Source: Mobula hypostoma
Taxonomy: Eukaryota
Direction of reading: 5' to 3'
Length of the DNA: 64,000 nucleotides
Assembly: GCF_963921235.1 (NCBI RefSeq)
Contig: NC_086118.1
Coordinates: 26,786,001-26,850,000 of the forward strand
A model generated the notes under the pieces. The model was not told the DNA's origin. It was given only the letters and a program-made list of their open reading frames with translations, and made no database searches. The position numbers and the translations under genes were made by a program. Shown here piece by piece: positions 1-13,700 of the stretch (within the stretch, counting starts at the first letter, position 1; every line of letters begins with the position of its first letter).

Positions 1-660
1 AAAAATTAATAAGTATGCAAAAAGAGTGGGGTAGTGCACATGGATTCATTGTCCACTCAGAAATCTGACGCAGAAGGGAAGAAGCTGCTCCTAAAATGTT
101 GAGTGTGTACCTCCTCCTTGATGGTAGCAATGAGAAGAGGGCATGTCCTGGGTGATGGAGATCCCTAACGATGGATGCCGCCTTTTTGAAGCATCGCTTT
201 TTGAAGATGTCCTTGATGCTGGGGAGGCATCATTTCCAATCCTGTGCAATGCCCCCTCCACACCAGGCACTGATAACTGATGCAACCAGTTCGCATGTTG
301 TCCACTGTACATCTGAAGAAATTTGGGAGTATCTTTGGCAACATATCAATTCTCCTCAAACTCCTAATGAAATATAGCCAATGCCATGCCTTCTTTGCAA
401 TTCCATCAGTCTGTTCAGCTCAGGATAGAACTTGGATGTTTACACCCAGGAACTTGAAACTGCTCACCCTTTCCACTGCTGATCCCTCGATGAGGCGTGG
501 TTTGTGTTCCCTCAACATTTGAGCTGTGCCTAGCCACACAGTTACGGGTGTAGAGAGTAGAGCAGTGGGCAAAGGACACATCCTTGAAGTGTGCAGTGTT
601 GATTGTGAGCATGCAGGCGACATTATTTCCAATCCACATTGTGTGGGTCGATGAGGAAGC
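1..660 (-). mobile_element. Rex1/Babar-like LINE 3' fragment
   Basis: IEGSAVERVSSFKFLGVNI; similar to 26880-26950 and 59480-59680. Confidence 0.7.
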
Positions 661-1576
661 CAAGCTTTCATTGTGGAGTTCAACAAAAAATTCAAAGAAA
701 AGACTTCAGAGGAATGGGGAAAGAAAAGGGTAAGAGATTACTTAAATAACTCCTTCAATGTATAGAAACGGGCATGATTGACAAGATGTCCTTCTACTTT
801 GCTTCAAAATTCTATGGCTTAGAAATTCTAGTGCACCTAAACCATGGGTTAGAATGACATAGATTTATTGGCACACTAGTAGTCATTGACTAAGGTATCA
901 AGATTCAATTTCCTTTGATGCTGCAAAAAGCTATGGCATTATTATTAAAGTTAGGTGCTAGAGGTTGAAGCAGTTGCAATGGTGAGGGCAGGAGTTTGAA
1001 GTGAAGGGGGGCAGGTAGTGGCGATAAGAATTGGGATTTACTACCACTTTTCTTGTAGTGGGTGGTGGATGGGTGAATTGAAATACCCAACATTGTTGTG
1101 CAGTGGTCAACAAGAATTTACCTAAGCAATGCTCCATGGGGGACATAGATCGAGACTGGGCAAACTTCTAGAGATTGTGTGCTATGGCAGTGGTGGACAG
1201 TAAAGTGAATGCAAGGATTTAAATAGATTTCACCTTGTATTCTGGAACTCCCTGGCTGTTAAAATAAGAACGTTCTCCTGGATTTGCCCAACGATATGCA
1301 TCCCTGGTCCAAGTTCTAAAATGGTCCAAAAAGAGTGATACCCAAAAAAAGGTCTTGCCATGCAGACATGATACAAGAGCTGTTGGGGTTGGAAGAATGG
1401 TTCATGATAGGATGTGGCTCATCAAATACTCCAAAAGATGAAAAGTCTTCCTGAAAAAGGCCATTATTGGGTTTCACCCATTATAAGAAAAAACAATTTT
1501 CAATTGCATAAAACTGAAAACTAGCAATACTACGTTAAAAATGCCTGTTCACAAGAAGATTATTCTTTGTACAGAC

Positions 1577-1722
1577 CTGTCCCTCACCACCTCCACTGAT
1601 CATTTTCTTGCCATCACTAGTGGCAGCAATTGCTGTGACACCTTCATGATGAGCGTTATTGATTGTATACATTAATTTGCCAGTCTCTGGTGTAAAAGCT
1701 CGAATCTTCCCATCGTTCCAAG
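1577..1722 (-). CDS. CFAP52: CFAP52 exon 10
   Basis: 146 nt; [32 protein letters not shown]...SGGGEGQ. Confidence 0.94.
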
Positions 1723-4700
1723 CTAAGGAAATTCCACATTGAAAAATTATGTATTAAATAAGCAGAATGGATTCAAATTTAGAATTAAGTTTATTTGATT
1801 TTTCACAAATGTGTTTCTTACCACTGATAATACTCCTCCCATCATGCATAAATTCAATGGAATTGCAGGTCATGTTTGGCACAACAATTCTCAGTAGTTC
1901 TTTATTGGTAGGGGTATGCCATATTCTTATTTCTGCCTTGGAACATGTTCCAAATAGGTCTGATGTTCCACTATTTTGAAACAAAAAAAAATGAAGTTGC
2001 CATCTTTAAAGACTTGCCTTCAAAATCAGTTGCAAAGGATGGTAATTTTTTTTTTAATGTATGCATCTTTCAGATCTTTTGCAGAAACATGAGCAAAGGG
2101 TATTCATTGTCAAATGAATGGTTTGGAAGAAAGACAATTGCAATGAATTAATATGTAATAATAATGATTAAGAAACTGAAAATGTTTTGTAGCCCTATAC
2201 ACTAGATTTCTTCATCTGTCTCCTAACCTATTCTGTCATCAGAATCCAGTCTTTCATGACAACCTGGGCTGATATTCCGTATCGTAATGCAAATATGCAA
2301 CAGCAGGAGGTAAAAGAATACTGACATCCAGTTTCACTTTTTAAATAACAGAGAACCACTGTTCTGATATTTTGTGTCTTTTTCCATCTCTAATACTTAT
2401 CTATGTTAATTAAGACCAATTTCCTATTTAAATGAGACTCTATATTTATTATATCTCAACCGGAATCAATAGTTCTTCTGTATTATTGCTTCAGACTTCC
2501 TACGTTTTAGTGTGTTTTATTTTTCTAGCATTTGGTTGCCACTGAACTTCTGATGCAACAGCTTGAAGTTTTTTTTGTCCTTGGCAACATAACTGAGATG
2601 AATAGACCTTCTAATGAGAGCTGTGAGGGATATTGATTTATCCACCTGAAAATGACTTTGAAGAAGGACTTTCAAAGAGTATGGTTAAGAGGAAACGTAT
2701 TACAGAGCTTTGCAATACAAGGAAATCTGCTGGTATGGATCAAGGAAGTTTCGCAGTAATGTGACAAATCAGATGTACTCTGAACAGCATTAAAGTGCCT
2801 ATTGTGCCTTTCCAAAGGCTTTCAGAATTCTGTCATTGTAGAATGTACCTTTATAATCACAACCTTAATTTTCACTTTCATGCATCTCTCACAAGCAGCA
2901 TTTTTATTATACTTTCAAAGCTACCATTATCTCTGTGAATGTTCTATGAGTTAAGTGACTCAGTCAATTTGACAGCTATTAGCACATTACATCCAGGTGA
3001 AATTCAATTCCATTGTTATTTTTTAATTCAACTGGTATCTCTAGAGGAAAATCACACTCTTACACTATGTTTCCGGCATTTCTCAGCTAATCAGAAGCCT
3101 GATTCTCTAACTTCGCATTTTTCCCTCTGCCACACAAAGAGATCAAAACTTCAATAATTGTTGATATAATAATCTGTGGTTTCTATATAAAGTGTCTGAA
3201 TATAAAATATTTTATTAATTCTTTCTGTTAAAATAATATAGATGGATAACAGAGTATGTTTCATGAACGTACCAGGGAAATGTTACGTCAAGGACAGAGT
3301 CACAGTGACAAGTTGTGATCAGCTCCTCTTTGAACTCAGTGAAGTTACATCGATATATCTGGGAGGTAAGGGTACCAACAAAGAACTGGTGTCCTTGACC
3401 ACGTAGACTGATAGAAGTAATCCCACCATCCACCTGGATTTTTCTGTATTTAATAAAAGGGTTGTGAATCTACAATAGTTGACAGGACAGTATAACATAT
3501 GCTGTGTACAGGTCATCTAACTTTGTTTAGTTTCATTAGCGTGTAAGTCTTTTTTTTCATCAGTAATATTAAAATACACCCATTTTTTAATAAACAGAAA
3601 TGTATTAGAAATATTTTATTGAAAGGCTAACTGCAAATTTAATTTGCTACATAGTTTAAGCACATCAAAACTGAACAAGCAACACTCACAACACGCTGGA
3701 GGAACTCAGCAGGTCGGGCAGCACTTGTGGAAAAGATCGGTCGACGTTTCGGGCCGGAACCCTTTGTAAGGACTGTAGAGGGAAGGGGCAGAGGCCCTAT
3801 AAAGAAGGTGGGGGGAGGGTGGGAAGGAGAAGGCTGGTAGGTTCCAGGTGAAAAACCAGTAAGGGGAAAGACAAAGGGGTGGGGGAGGGGAGGCAGGGAG
3901 GTGATAGGCAGGAAAGGTGAAGAAAGAATAGGGGAAAACACAATGGGTAGTAGAAGGAGGTGGAACCATGAGTGAGGTGATAGGCAGCTGGGGGAGGGAG
4001 CAGAGTGACATAGGGATAGGGGAAGGGAGGAGGAGGGAATTACCGGAAGTTGGAGAATTCTGTGTTCATACCAAGGGGCTGGAGACTACCCAGACGGTAT
4101 ATGAGGTGTTGCTCCTCCAACCTGAGTTTAGCCTCATCATGGCAGTAGAGGAGGCCATACATGATGAGGCTAAACTCAGGCTGGAGGATTTTGAACTATT
4201 TTAAAAGTGCATATTTTATGTTTCTTAATAAAACACTGTAACATTTAATCACTTTTGAAATTCCTTTTTTAAAACACTATTTATCACTTGTTGTCACAGA
4301 AAGTTAAATTGTTATTACAGAAAATTACTAAAGAGCTAATTGAATATATTCCAACATACTTGAGTGTTTTGAAGCCTGGCGTTTTGCATAGAGCTACAAT
4401 ACCATCTCCAGATCCAACAAGAAGATCCCCTGATTTCAGTTCTACTATTGCAGTAACGCCCTTCGGATAACAAAACAGATTAAATATTATAATTTTTAAA
4501 TTTCACATCAGCAATAATACAATTATAGCTAATACCAACTTTACTGTGTGAAAAATTGTAAGATCAATATTCCTAGAGAAATAATAATTATTCCAGTTAT
4601 CTAGATAATGCTCTTATTAAGTAAAGATGTTCACTTTTGTCTATTCCCCATATATTTCAGGATTCCTTAATAAACGTACTTCTATCTCCAGCCATTGCCT

Positions 4701-7700
4701 TTCTCCATCCTGTCTAAACTCACATACTGCTGACATCTTTATCTATGCTGGTGTTAGCTCTAGACCTGACATTTCCAGACAAACATGATTTCCTTTATTC
4801 AACCCCCATAATTTGTCATTAAAAACTTTCTTACCTCTTTTTCAACATTTCTTTAAACATTTCCATTATTTGTTCTTATATTTGCATTTGAAACTTGTGC
4901 TGCTTTATAGTTGCCAAGAGTTTTGGGATGCTTTGATGCATTAAAGGCTCTACATAAATGTTTAAAGGTGTAGCTATGTGCACCCGTATGGGTCCTAGCT
5001 ATGCCTGCCTTTTTGTTGGCTTTGTGGAACAACCTATGTTCCATGCCTATTCTGGTATCTGTCCCCCACTTTTCCTTCGCTACATCGATGACTGCATTGG
5101 CGCTGCTTCCTGCACGCATGCAGAGCTCGTTGACTTTATTAACTTTGCCTCCAACTTTCACCCTGTCCTCAAGTTTACCTGGTCCATTTCCGACACCTCC
5201 CTCCCGTTTTCTAGATCTTTCTGTCTCTGTCTCTGGAGACAGCTTATCCACTGATGCCTACTATAAGCCTACTGACTCTCACAGCTATCTGGACTATTCC
5301 TCTTCTCACTCTGTCTCTTGCAAAAACGCCATCCCCTTCTCGCAATTCCTCCGTCTCTGCCGTATCTGCTCTCAGGAGGAGGCTTTTCATTCCAGGACGA
5401 GGGAGATGTCTTCCTTTTTTAAAGAAAGGGGCTTCCCTTCCTCCACTATCAACTCTGCTCTTAAACGCATCTCCCCCATTTCACGTACATCTGTTCTCAC
5501 TCCATCCTCCCGCCACCCCACTAGGAATAGGGTTCCCCTGGTCCTCACCTACCACCCCACCAGCCTCTGGGTCCAACATATTATTCTCCGTAACTTCCGC
5601 CATCTACAACGGGATCCCACCACTAAGCACATCTTTCCCTCCCCTCCTCTCTCTGCATTCCGCAGGGATCGCTCCCTATGCTACTCCCTTGTCCATTCGT
5701 CCCCCCCATCCCTCCCCACTGATCTCCCTCCTGGCACTTATCCATGTAAGCGGAACAAGTGCTACACATGCCTCCCTTACCACCATTCAGGGCCCCAAAC
5801 AGTCCTTCCAGGTGAGGCGACACTTCACCTGTGAGTCGGCTGGGGTGATATACTGCGTCCAGTGCTCCCGAGGTGGCCTTTTATATATTGGCGAGACCCG
5901 ACGCAGACTGGGAGACCGCTTTGCTGAACACCTACGCTCTAACCGCCAGAGAAAGCAGGATCTCCCAGTGGCCACACATTTTAATTCCACATCCCATTCC
6001 CATTCTGACATGTCTATCCACGGCCTCCTCTACTGTAAAGATGAAGCCACTCTCAGGTTGGAGGAACAACACCTTATATTCCGTCTGGGTAGCCTCCAAC
6101 CTGATGGCATGAACATCGACTTCTCTAACTTCCGCTAATGCCCCACCTCCCCCTTGTACCCCATCTGTTACTTATTTTTATACACACATTCTTTCTCTCA
6201 CTCTCCTTTTTCTCCCTGTGTCCCTCTGAATATACCCCTTGCCCATCCTCTGGGTCCCCCCAACCCCCTCCTTGTCTTTCTTCCCGGACCTCCTGTCCCA
6301 TGATCCTCTTGTATCCCTTTTGCCTATCACCTGTCCAGCTCTTGGCTCCATCCCTCCCCCTCCTGTCTTCTCCTATCATTTTGGATCTCTCCCTCCCCCT
6401 CCAACTTTCAAATCCCTTACTCACTCTTCCTTCAGTTAGTCCTGACGAAGGGTCTTGGCCTGAAACGTCGACTGCACCTCTTCCTAGAGATGCTGCCTGG
6501 CCTGCTGCGTTCACCAGCAACTTTTATGTGTGTTGCTTGAATTTCCAGCATCCAGCAGAATTCCTGTTGTCTACATAAATCAATGTCTTTTGTTATAAAA
6601 ATACTAATTATTCCAACTTACCAAACTGAATTTATTCTTAATAGGCCCATAATTGTTAAGGAGGCCAGTTTTCATGCTGACCATCAAAATATCACCAGTA
6701 GTAGTTCCACAATAGAAGAAACTATCATCCTTTGTCACCTATTAGTGGGCAAGTGAATAAATCAGGTCAGTTAGCCTTCCTTTCCAAATGTCACACTTAA
6801 TTAAAAGCAGAAAAAAAAAACATACCTTCAGCTAAATAATTACATAAGCTTTATTTTTACAGGAAAAAACATTTAGATGTATTTTGCCTCCAGTCTAATG
6901 TAACATTTGACAGCTCTGTACTTAAAAATGATAACATAGAAATGTGACTGAAGCAAAACTTTCTTCAATAGTATGACCCCTTACTTTAGGAAATGAAATA
7001 AGCTGCTCAGGTCCTTGAGCCTGCTTTGTTGAATAATCATTAGCCAAGTAAGTAGCTTAAGTGAGAGTGAACACTTAAGAAATTTATAAAAAACAGAATC
7101 AATTAAGATTGATTTATCTTGCTTTCATTTTATTCAATGCCTCAGACTGGTGCCTTTGTCCTGTTAAGAATGTGGCTGAATCCAATCTGAACTTCCATTG
7201 TTTTGGTTGAATCACATAAAATGATTATAATTTCTAATTAAAATGAGCAAAGCTAAATAGTATACAAATACAGCTATACCATCCAAAATCTTATAGTGCA
7301 GTAAAATCTCAATTTTGCTTCCCAGTGCCATAACAATATGCACTTAGATATTTCTTAACACCTGAGGATAACACTGGATACTTTTCACGCAATCCAGTGG
7401 CAGATTCCACTGGGTCTCCAGTTCAAGGGATGAATGGGACGGAAGGCAGATTTGAAAGATTAACCCCCTCTGGATGTGCAGCTAAGGAAGGCTGGTGGCA
7501 GAGCAGTTGAAGAAGATACTTAATAGGCTTTCAAGATGACAGATACTGAAAGTAAAGTCCATATCTGATGGAGTCATGCCTGGCCTGCAGCAGGAAAATG
7601 TACTGTTTAAATTTTTGTTAATAAATCTACACTATTATAGAACAACATAATAAAAACATCAATATCAACCAAATATCTCAGACAAAATAAGAACATTCTA

Positions 7701-10700
7701 GAAACACTGAAGCACAAACAATGTTTCTCTCTGCCTGATTCTAGCTTTTCTTTTCATGTTCCAGATTTCCAGCATCTTCATATTTTGACTTCATACAAAA
7801 TATTTGACTTTCTCCGATATTAGACAAAGTAAAAGAAAAGAGTAATATAATGGATAAATAAACTCAAAGAGGAAAAGCAGTATTCCTAGTATAAGACATA
7901 CAATTTACTGTAGAGTGAGTCAACAATTCCTAATCGCAACAGGAGTTAAGGTTATAACATGGTAACATCCAACATTTAACCATGCTCACAGTTCCCAGTT
8001 CCAGACATATACATCTTTCCTGACCCTTGCGATAATCAATGGGTTTAAAACAGCTATCAAAGAACAGAGTTTGGACATTGTCATATACAAAGTTGGCTAG
8101 TAGTGCCTGAAGTTCTCTGAGACTGTTAAGAAAATGTAAACAAGGAGATTAATAATAACTTAATGGAAGGAGTGAACCTCAAGGATTAATTAAGCATAGG
8201 ATGATCTCGCCTGGCATGAGTTAAGGGACAAAAATGCAACACAACATTTTCTTAGTTACATTCAGTAGAAACTATACATTGGATGAAATAAGAAAAACTG
8301 GGCCCACTGCAAGGAATCTGTTATGCCAGCCATGTCTCAAAGATGGTAATAATAAATAAACAGAACTCTAGGCTAAAAGAGCAAAATACCTAAGTGAAGC
8401 CATTTGGTCATCAGATCCATGTGGGAAACAAGATCCTTAAACAGTACATAGAAATAAATTCCATGGATTCCCCTGAACTTGACAGGCAGTGGAAAATTTG
8501 AGGCAATACTATAGCAACCAATATTTTGCTTGTATCAGGACAAAGATGAACAAAGTGGGTTACACCTGGAAAAGAACATTTGATGTGGTATCTCCTTATA
8601 GAAGGCAGAAGAGGGAAATAGGTTTTAGAAATAGGTTTTAGAAACAGGTTTATCTTACAGAATTCTAGAAGAGCAGAAGAACCTGGGACCAACACTCAGA
8701 AAAGAGGAGCCCCAAGTCTGGATTTGAGCAATTTGAGCGTCACAATTCTAAGACCTTGTATCTTGATGGGTTTTGTACAGTGTGGATTATGAGATCTTGT
8801 ACCTTGCAGTTAGAGTTTGAATAAAGTTAGTAAGTAAACCTTTCATCAGTACTCAACGCAGTGTCTCTAATACAAGTGTGACTGACACAATAGTACCTGG
8901 TCTGGAACTACACCCAACTATATTCTTGCTGGGGATCTACAAGGTTAGCTAGAGTTGTGTGACCAGAGTTGTCATTGAAATGCAGGTAGGTACGAAGGTC
9001 GGAGGAGCGAGGTGTTGACATGAATCATTATGAAGCTGGAGCTAGAGGTCACTGTAATTAAATGTGTTCATGGAACTCGGAATCAAGGAGCCAAGGGTCA
9101 AATGCCCGAGGTACTTAGTTGCATATCCAAAGCTATAAACCTAGATTTCTAGCTGCAGAAAGTACTTTCAGTTTATTCTTATCTTTTTCTTGCCACTTAT
9201 ATTTCATATTCTACCTTCCCTTTTTTTTTATCAGTTTCTTTATCTTCCTTTACCAAGTTCTATACTGCTCCCAGTGCTTCCAAGTCCACTGATATTTTTG
9301 GCCATTTGATTTAGTGCTTCCCTAATTTTTTTTCTGTCAGCTACAGATGGGCCACTTCTCCTGAGGATTTTGTAACACAGAGGAACAAGTCTTTTTTATA
9401 TAAATCAGGTATTATTTCTTTAATTGCTCACCATTACTTGTGTACCATCATGATAATTTGTAATAGACCCTTAATCAAGCACAGCCAATTTGGCCCTCAA
9501 ATATACAGTTTTCTTTGTCTGGATTTAAGAACTTAGTCTTGCATTGAAATAAATCAATTTCAAACTCAAGGTAAAATTCTGTTCTAATAAGGTCACATGG
9601 GAAAATTATCAGATGTGTAAATTTCCCAATTGGTAGGATAGACACATCTGATTCATCCATTAAAAGGAACTGGATTTTCTGGAATTTCTAGCATTCTTCT
9701 GTTTCAAACAATGCATTAATGCAAACAATACAAGATGCAAAATAGTACTCATTCATGATAATATTTGATTTATAGCTGTACTTTTAACAAATTGGACTTT
9801 ATAAACTACAGCTCACTTCAACACAGTTGATCATTCTTTTCAACACTCCAGTCTGACACTCAGTGGGACGAATCTTTCTGTTGGGTAAATCCAGCAGCCA
9901 GAGACGAAGTGTACCACTACAAAAATAAAGCAAGTTTGGAGAATTCCATTATTTTTGTGATTTTGCAGCTGTATGGCAATAAATTAGAAGAGAATTCCCT
10001 GTAACATTTCAATATAATTACAGCCAAAGAATGGATCTAAATTTTCAGCTTAATCTATGGAAATGCACATTGATCGTGATTTGTTTCAAAAGACAATTAT
10101 AGATAAACTTCCTCTATTATTTTCTCCCAAGCAAGATTTACTGAAACCCTACTCAGCTAATAAACATAATTCAAACAAATGGCAAAAAAATCTAATTTGA
10201 GTTTTCTACATTGCTTCCCATTTGAAATAGGTATAAATTTATACTAAAGGCTATCTGTATCTAGTATCAGCATTATAAGTGATTTCTAAATATCCTTTAT
10301 TTAACATTTTTAGCAATGTTACATTACTGTGAATGGTACTGGATTTTTTAACCCTTGTTATATTTTTATATTACATTAAACACAGGATAGTTTCCACAGC
10401 TGGATTTTCTTAAATGGAATGTGCTGAATGTATTAAGTATTGACGTATACTAGCACATCAATACTTAATTTTCATAACATTAAAGATCGAGAGCATCTTA
10501 TAATAGTGTGTGTTTTATGAGTTCCCAGATTGTCTGCAATGATTCTGCTTGCTTTAAACCACTGTTTTGGTTACAGCATATATTAAAAGAAATTCTCAAT
10601 GAAGCTCAGTATAAGTTGCCAACAGGAAAACTAACAAAGAAATTTTCAGTATATTTCCAAATAAACTCAGCACAAAGCATACTTAGGAAGTCTTTTCCAA

Positions 10701-13700
10701 CTTACGTTCCTGCTGTAATGAAGACATCATCCATGTGGCTGGCAAATTTTACAGCTAGTGCATTTCCTGCAGTGGGGACAGTAGCAGGATGGCCACAGAT
10801 AGATGTTTTTGTTTCAACATTCCAAATAACAACACTGTAAAATGACAAAGCAAAACTTAATTTGTTTCATTGTTTCAGTCATCAAGTCCAGCAGAGACAG
10901 AAACTATAGTACCTCAAGCATTTGAATAGTTTAAAAAAAATTAGATTTCTCAAAAAAGATTTCTCAAACCTTACTTTGAATTTTGTTACAACAACACAGA
11001 TTTAATTCCATTTGTTATATTACAGGGCAGTATAATAACACGGAAATTAATATTCTGACAGAAATGTCCATCAAAGCCAGCATGGGAATTGGTAACCCTT
11101 TCACTTCACCCAAATGCCATTAAAATTACCTTCATTTTATTACTTATTGCCAATCAAAAATTGACCCATTGCCGTCTACTCACTGCTTCCTGTTACACAG
11201 AACATAGAATATAGAATAGTACAGCACAGTACAGGCCCTTCGGCCCACAATGTTGTGCCGACCCTCAAACCCTGCCTCCCATATAACCCCCCAACTTAAG
11301 TTCCTCCATATACCTGTCTAGTAGTCTCTTAAACTTCACTAGTGTATCTGCCTCCACCACTGACTCAGGCAGTGCATTCCATGCACCAACCACTCTCTGA
11401 GTAAAAAAAACCTTCCTCTAATATCCCCCTTGAACTTCCCACCCCTTACCTTAAAGCCATGTCCTCATGTATTGAGCAGTGGTGCCCTGGGGAAGAGGCG
11501 CTGGCTATCCACTCTATCTATTCCTCTTATTATCTTGTACACCTCTATCATGTCTCCTCTCATCCTCCTTCTCTCCAAAGAGTAAAGCCCTAGCTCCCTT
11601 AATCTCAGATCATAATGCATACTCTCTAAACCAGGCAGCATCCTGGTAAATCTCCTCTGTACCCTTTCCACATCCTTCCTATAGTGAGGCGACCAGAACT
11701 GGACACAGTACTCCAAGTGTGGCCTAACCAGAGTTTTATAGAGCTGCATCATTACATCGCGACTCTTAAACTCTAGCCCTCAACTTATGAAAGCTAGGTT
11801 TGCTAGCATGGTTCGGGAGGGGTTAAACTAATTTGCGAGGGGGATGGGACCCAGAGCGATAGAGCAGTGAAAGAAGCGCATGGAGTAAAGCCAGATCTAA
11901 CATACAGAGAGGCTTTCAGGAAAGAGAAGCAGAATAAACGGTGTAAAGACAGTAAGGTAGAAGGGCTGAAATGTGTGTACCTCAATGCAAGAAGCATCAG
12001 GAACAAAGGTGATGAACTGAGAGCTTGGATACATACATGGAATTATGATGTAGTGGCCATTGCAGAGACTTGGCTGGCACCAGGGCAGGAATGGATTCTC
12101 AATATTCCTGGATTTCAGTGCTTTAAAAGGGATAGAGAAGGTGGAAAAAGGGGAGGAGGGGTGGCATTATTGGTCAGGGATACTATTACAGCTACAGAAA
12201 GGGTGGGTAATGTAGCAGGATCCTCTTTTGAGTCAATATGGGTGGAAGTCAGGAACAGGAAGGGAGCAGTTACTCTACTGGGGGTATTCTATAGGCCCCC
12301 TGGTAGCAGCAGAGATACAGAGGAGCAGATTGGGAGGCAGATTTTGGAAAGGTGCAAAAATAACAGGGTTGTTATCATGAGTGACTTTAAATTCCCTAAT
12401 ATTGATTGGCACCTGATTAGTTCCAAGGGTTTAGATGGGGCAGAGTTAGTTAAGTGTGTCCAGGATGGATTCCTGTCACAGTATGTGGACAGCCGACCGG
12501 GGGAATGCCAGACTAGATCTAGTACTAGGTAATGAACGGGGACAGGTCACAGATCTCTCAGTGGGTGAGTATCTGGGGGACAGTGACCACCGCTCCCTGG
12601 CATTTATAATTATCATGGAAAAGGATAGAACCAAAGAGGACAGGAAAATTTTTAATTGGGGGAAGGCAAATTATGAGGCTATAAGGCTAGAACTTGCAGG
12701 TGTGAATTGGGATGATGTTTTTGCAGGGAAATGTACTATGGACATGTGGTCAATGTTTAGAAATCTCTTGCAGGATGTAAGGGAGAAATTTGTCCCGGTG
12801 TGGAAGATAAAGAATGGTAGGGTGAAGGAACCATGGGTGACAAGTCAGGTGGAAAATCTAGTCAGGTGGAAGAAGGCAGCATACATGAGGTTTAGGAAGC
12901 AAGGATCAGATGAGTCTATTGAGGAATATAGGGAAGCAAGAAAGGAGCTTAAGAAGGGGTTGAGAAGAGCAAGAAGGGGGCATGAGAAGGCCTTGGCAAG
13001 TAGGGTAAAGGAAAACCCCAAGGCATTCTTCAATTATGTGAAGAAAAAAAGGATGACAGGAGTGAAGGTAGGATCGATTAGAGATAAAGGTGGGAAGATG
13101 TGCCTGGAGGCTGTGGAAGTGAGCGAGGTCCTCAATAAATACTTCTCTTCGGTATTCACCAATGAGAGGGAACTTGATGATGGTGAGGACAATATGAGTG
13201 AGGTTGATGTTCTGGAGCATGTTGATATGAAGGGAGAGGAGGTGTTGGAGTTGTTAAAATACATTAGGACAGATAAGTCCCCGGGGCCTGACGGAATATT
13301 CTCCAGGCTGCTCCACGAGGCGAGAGAAGAGATTGCTGAGCCGCTGACTAGGATCTTTATGTCCTCGTTGTCCACGGGAATGGTACCGGAGGATTGGAGG
13401 GAGGTGAATGTTGTTCCCTTGTTCAAAAAAGGTATTAGGGATAGTCCGGGTAATTATAGACCAGTGAGCCTTACGTCTGTGGTGGGAAAACTGTTGGAAA
13501 AGATTCTTAGAGATAGGATCTCTGGGCATTTAGAGAATCATGGTTTGATCAGGGACAGTCAGCATGGCTTTGTGAAGGGCAGATCGTGTCTAACAAGCCT
13601 GATAGAGTTCTTTGAGGAGGTGACCAGGCATATAGATGAGGGTAGTGTAGTGGATGTGATCTATATGGATTTTAGTAAGGCATTTGACAAGGTTCCACAC

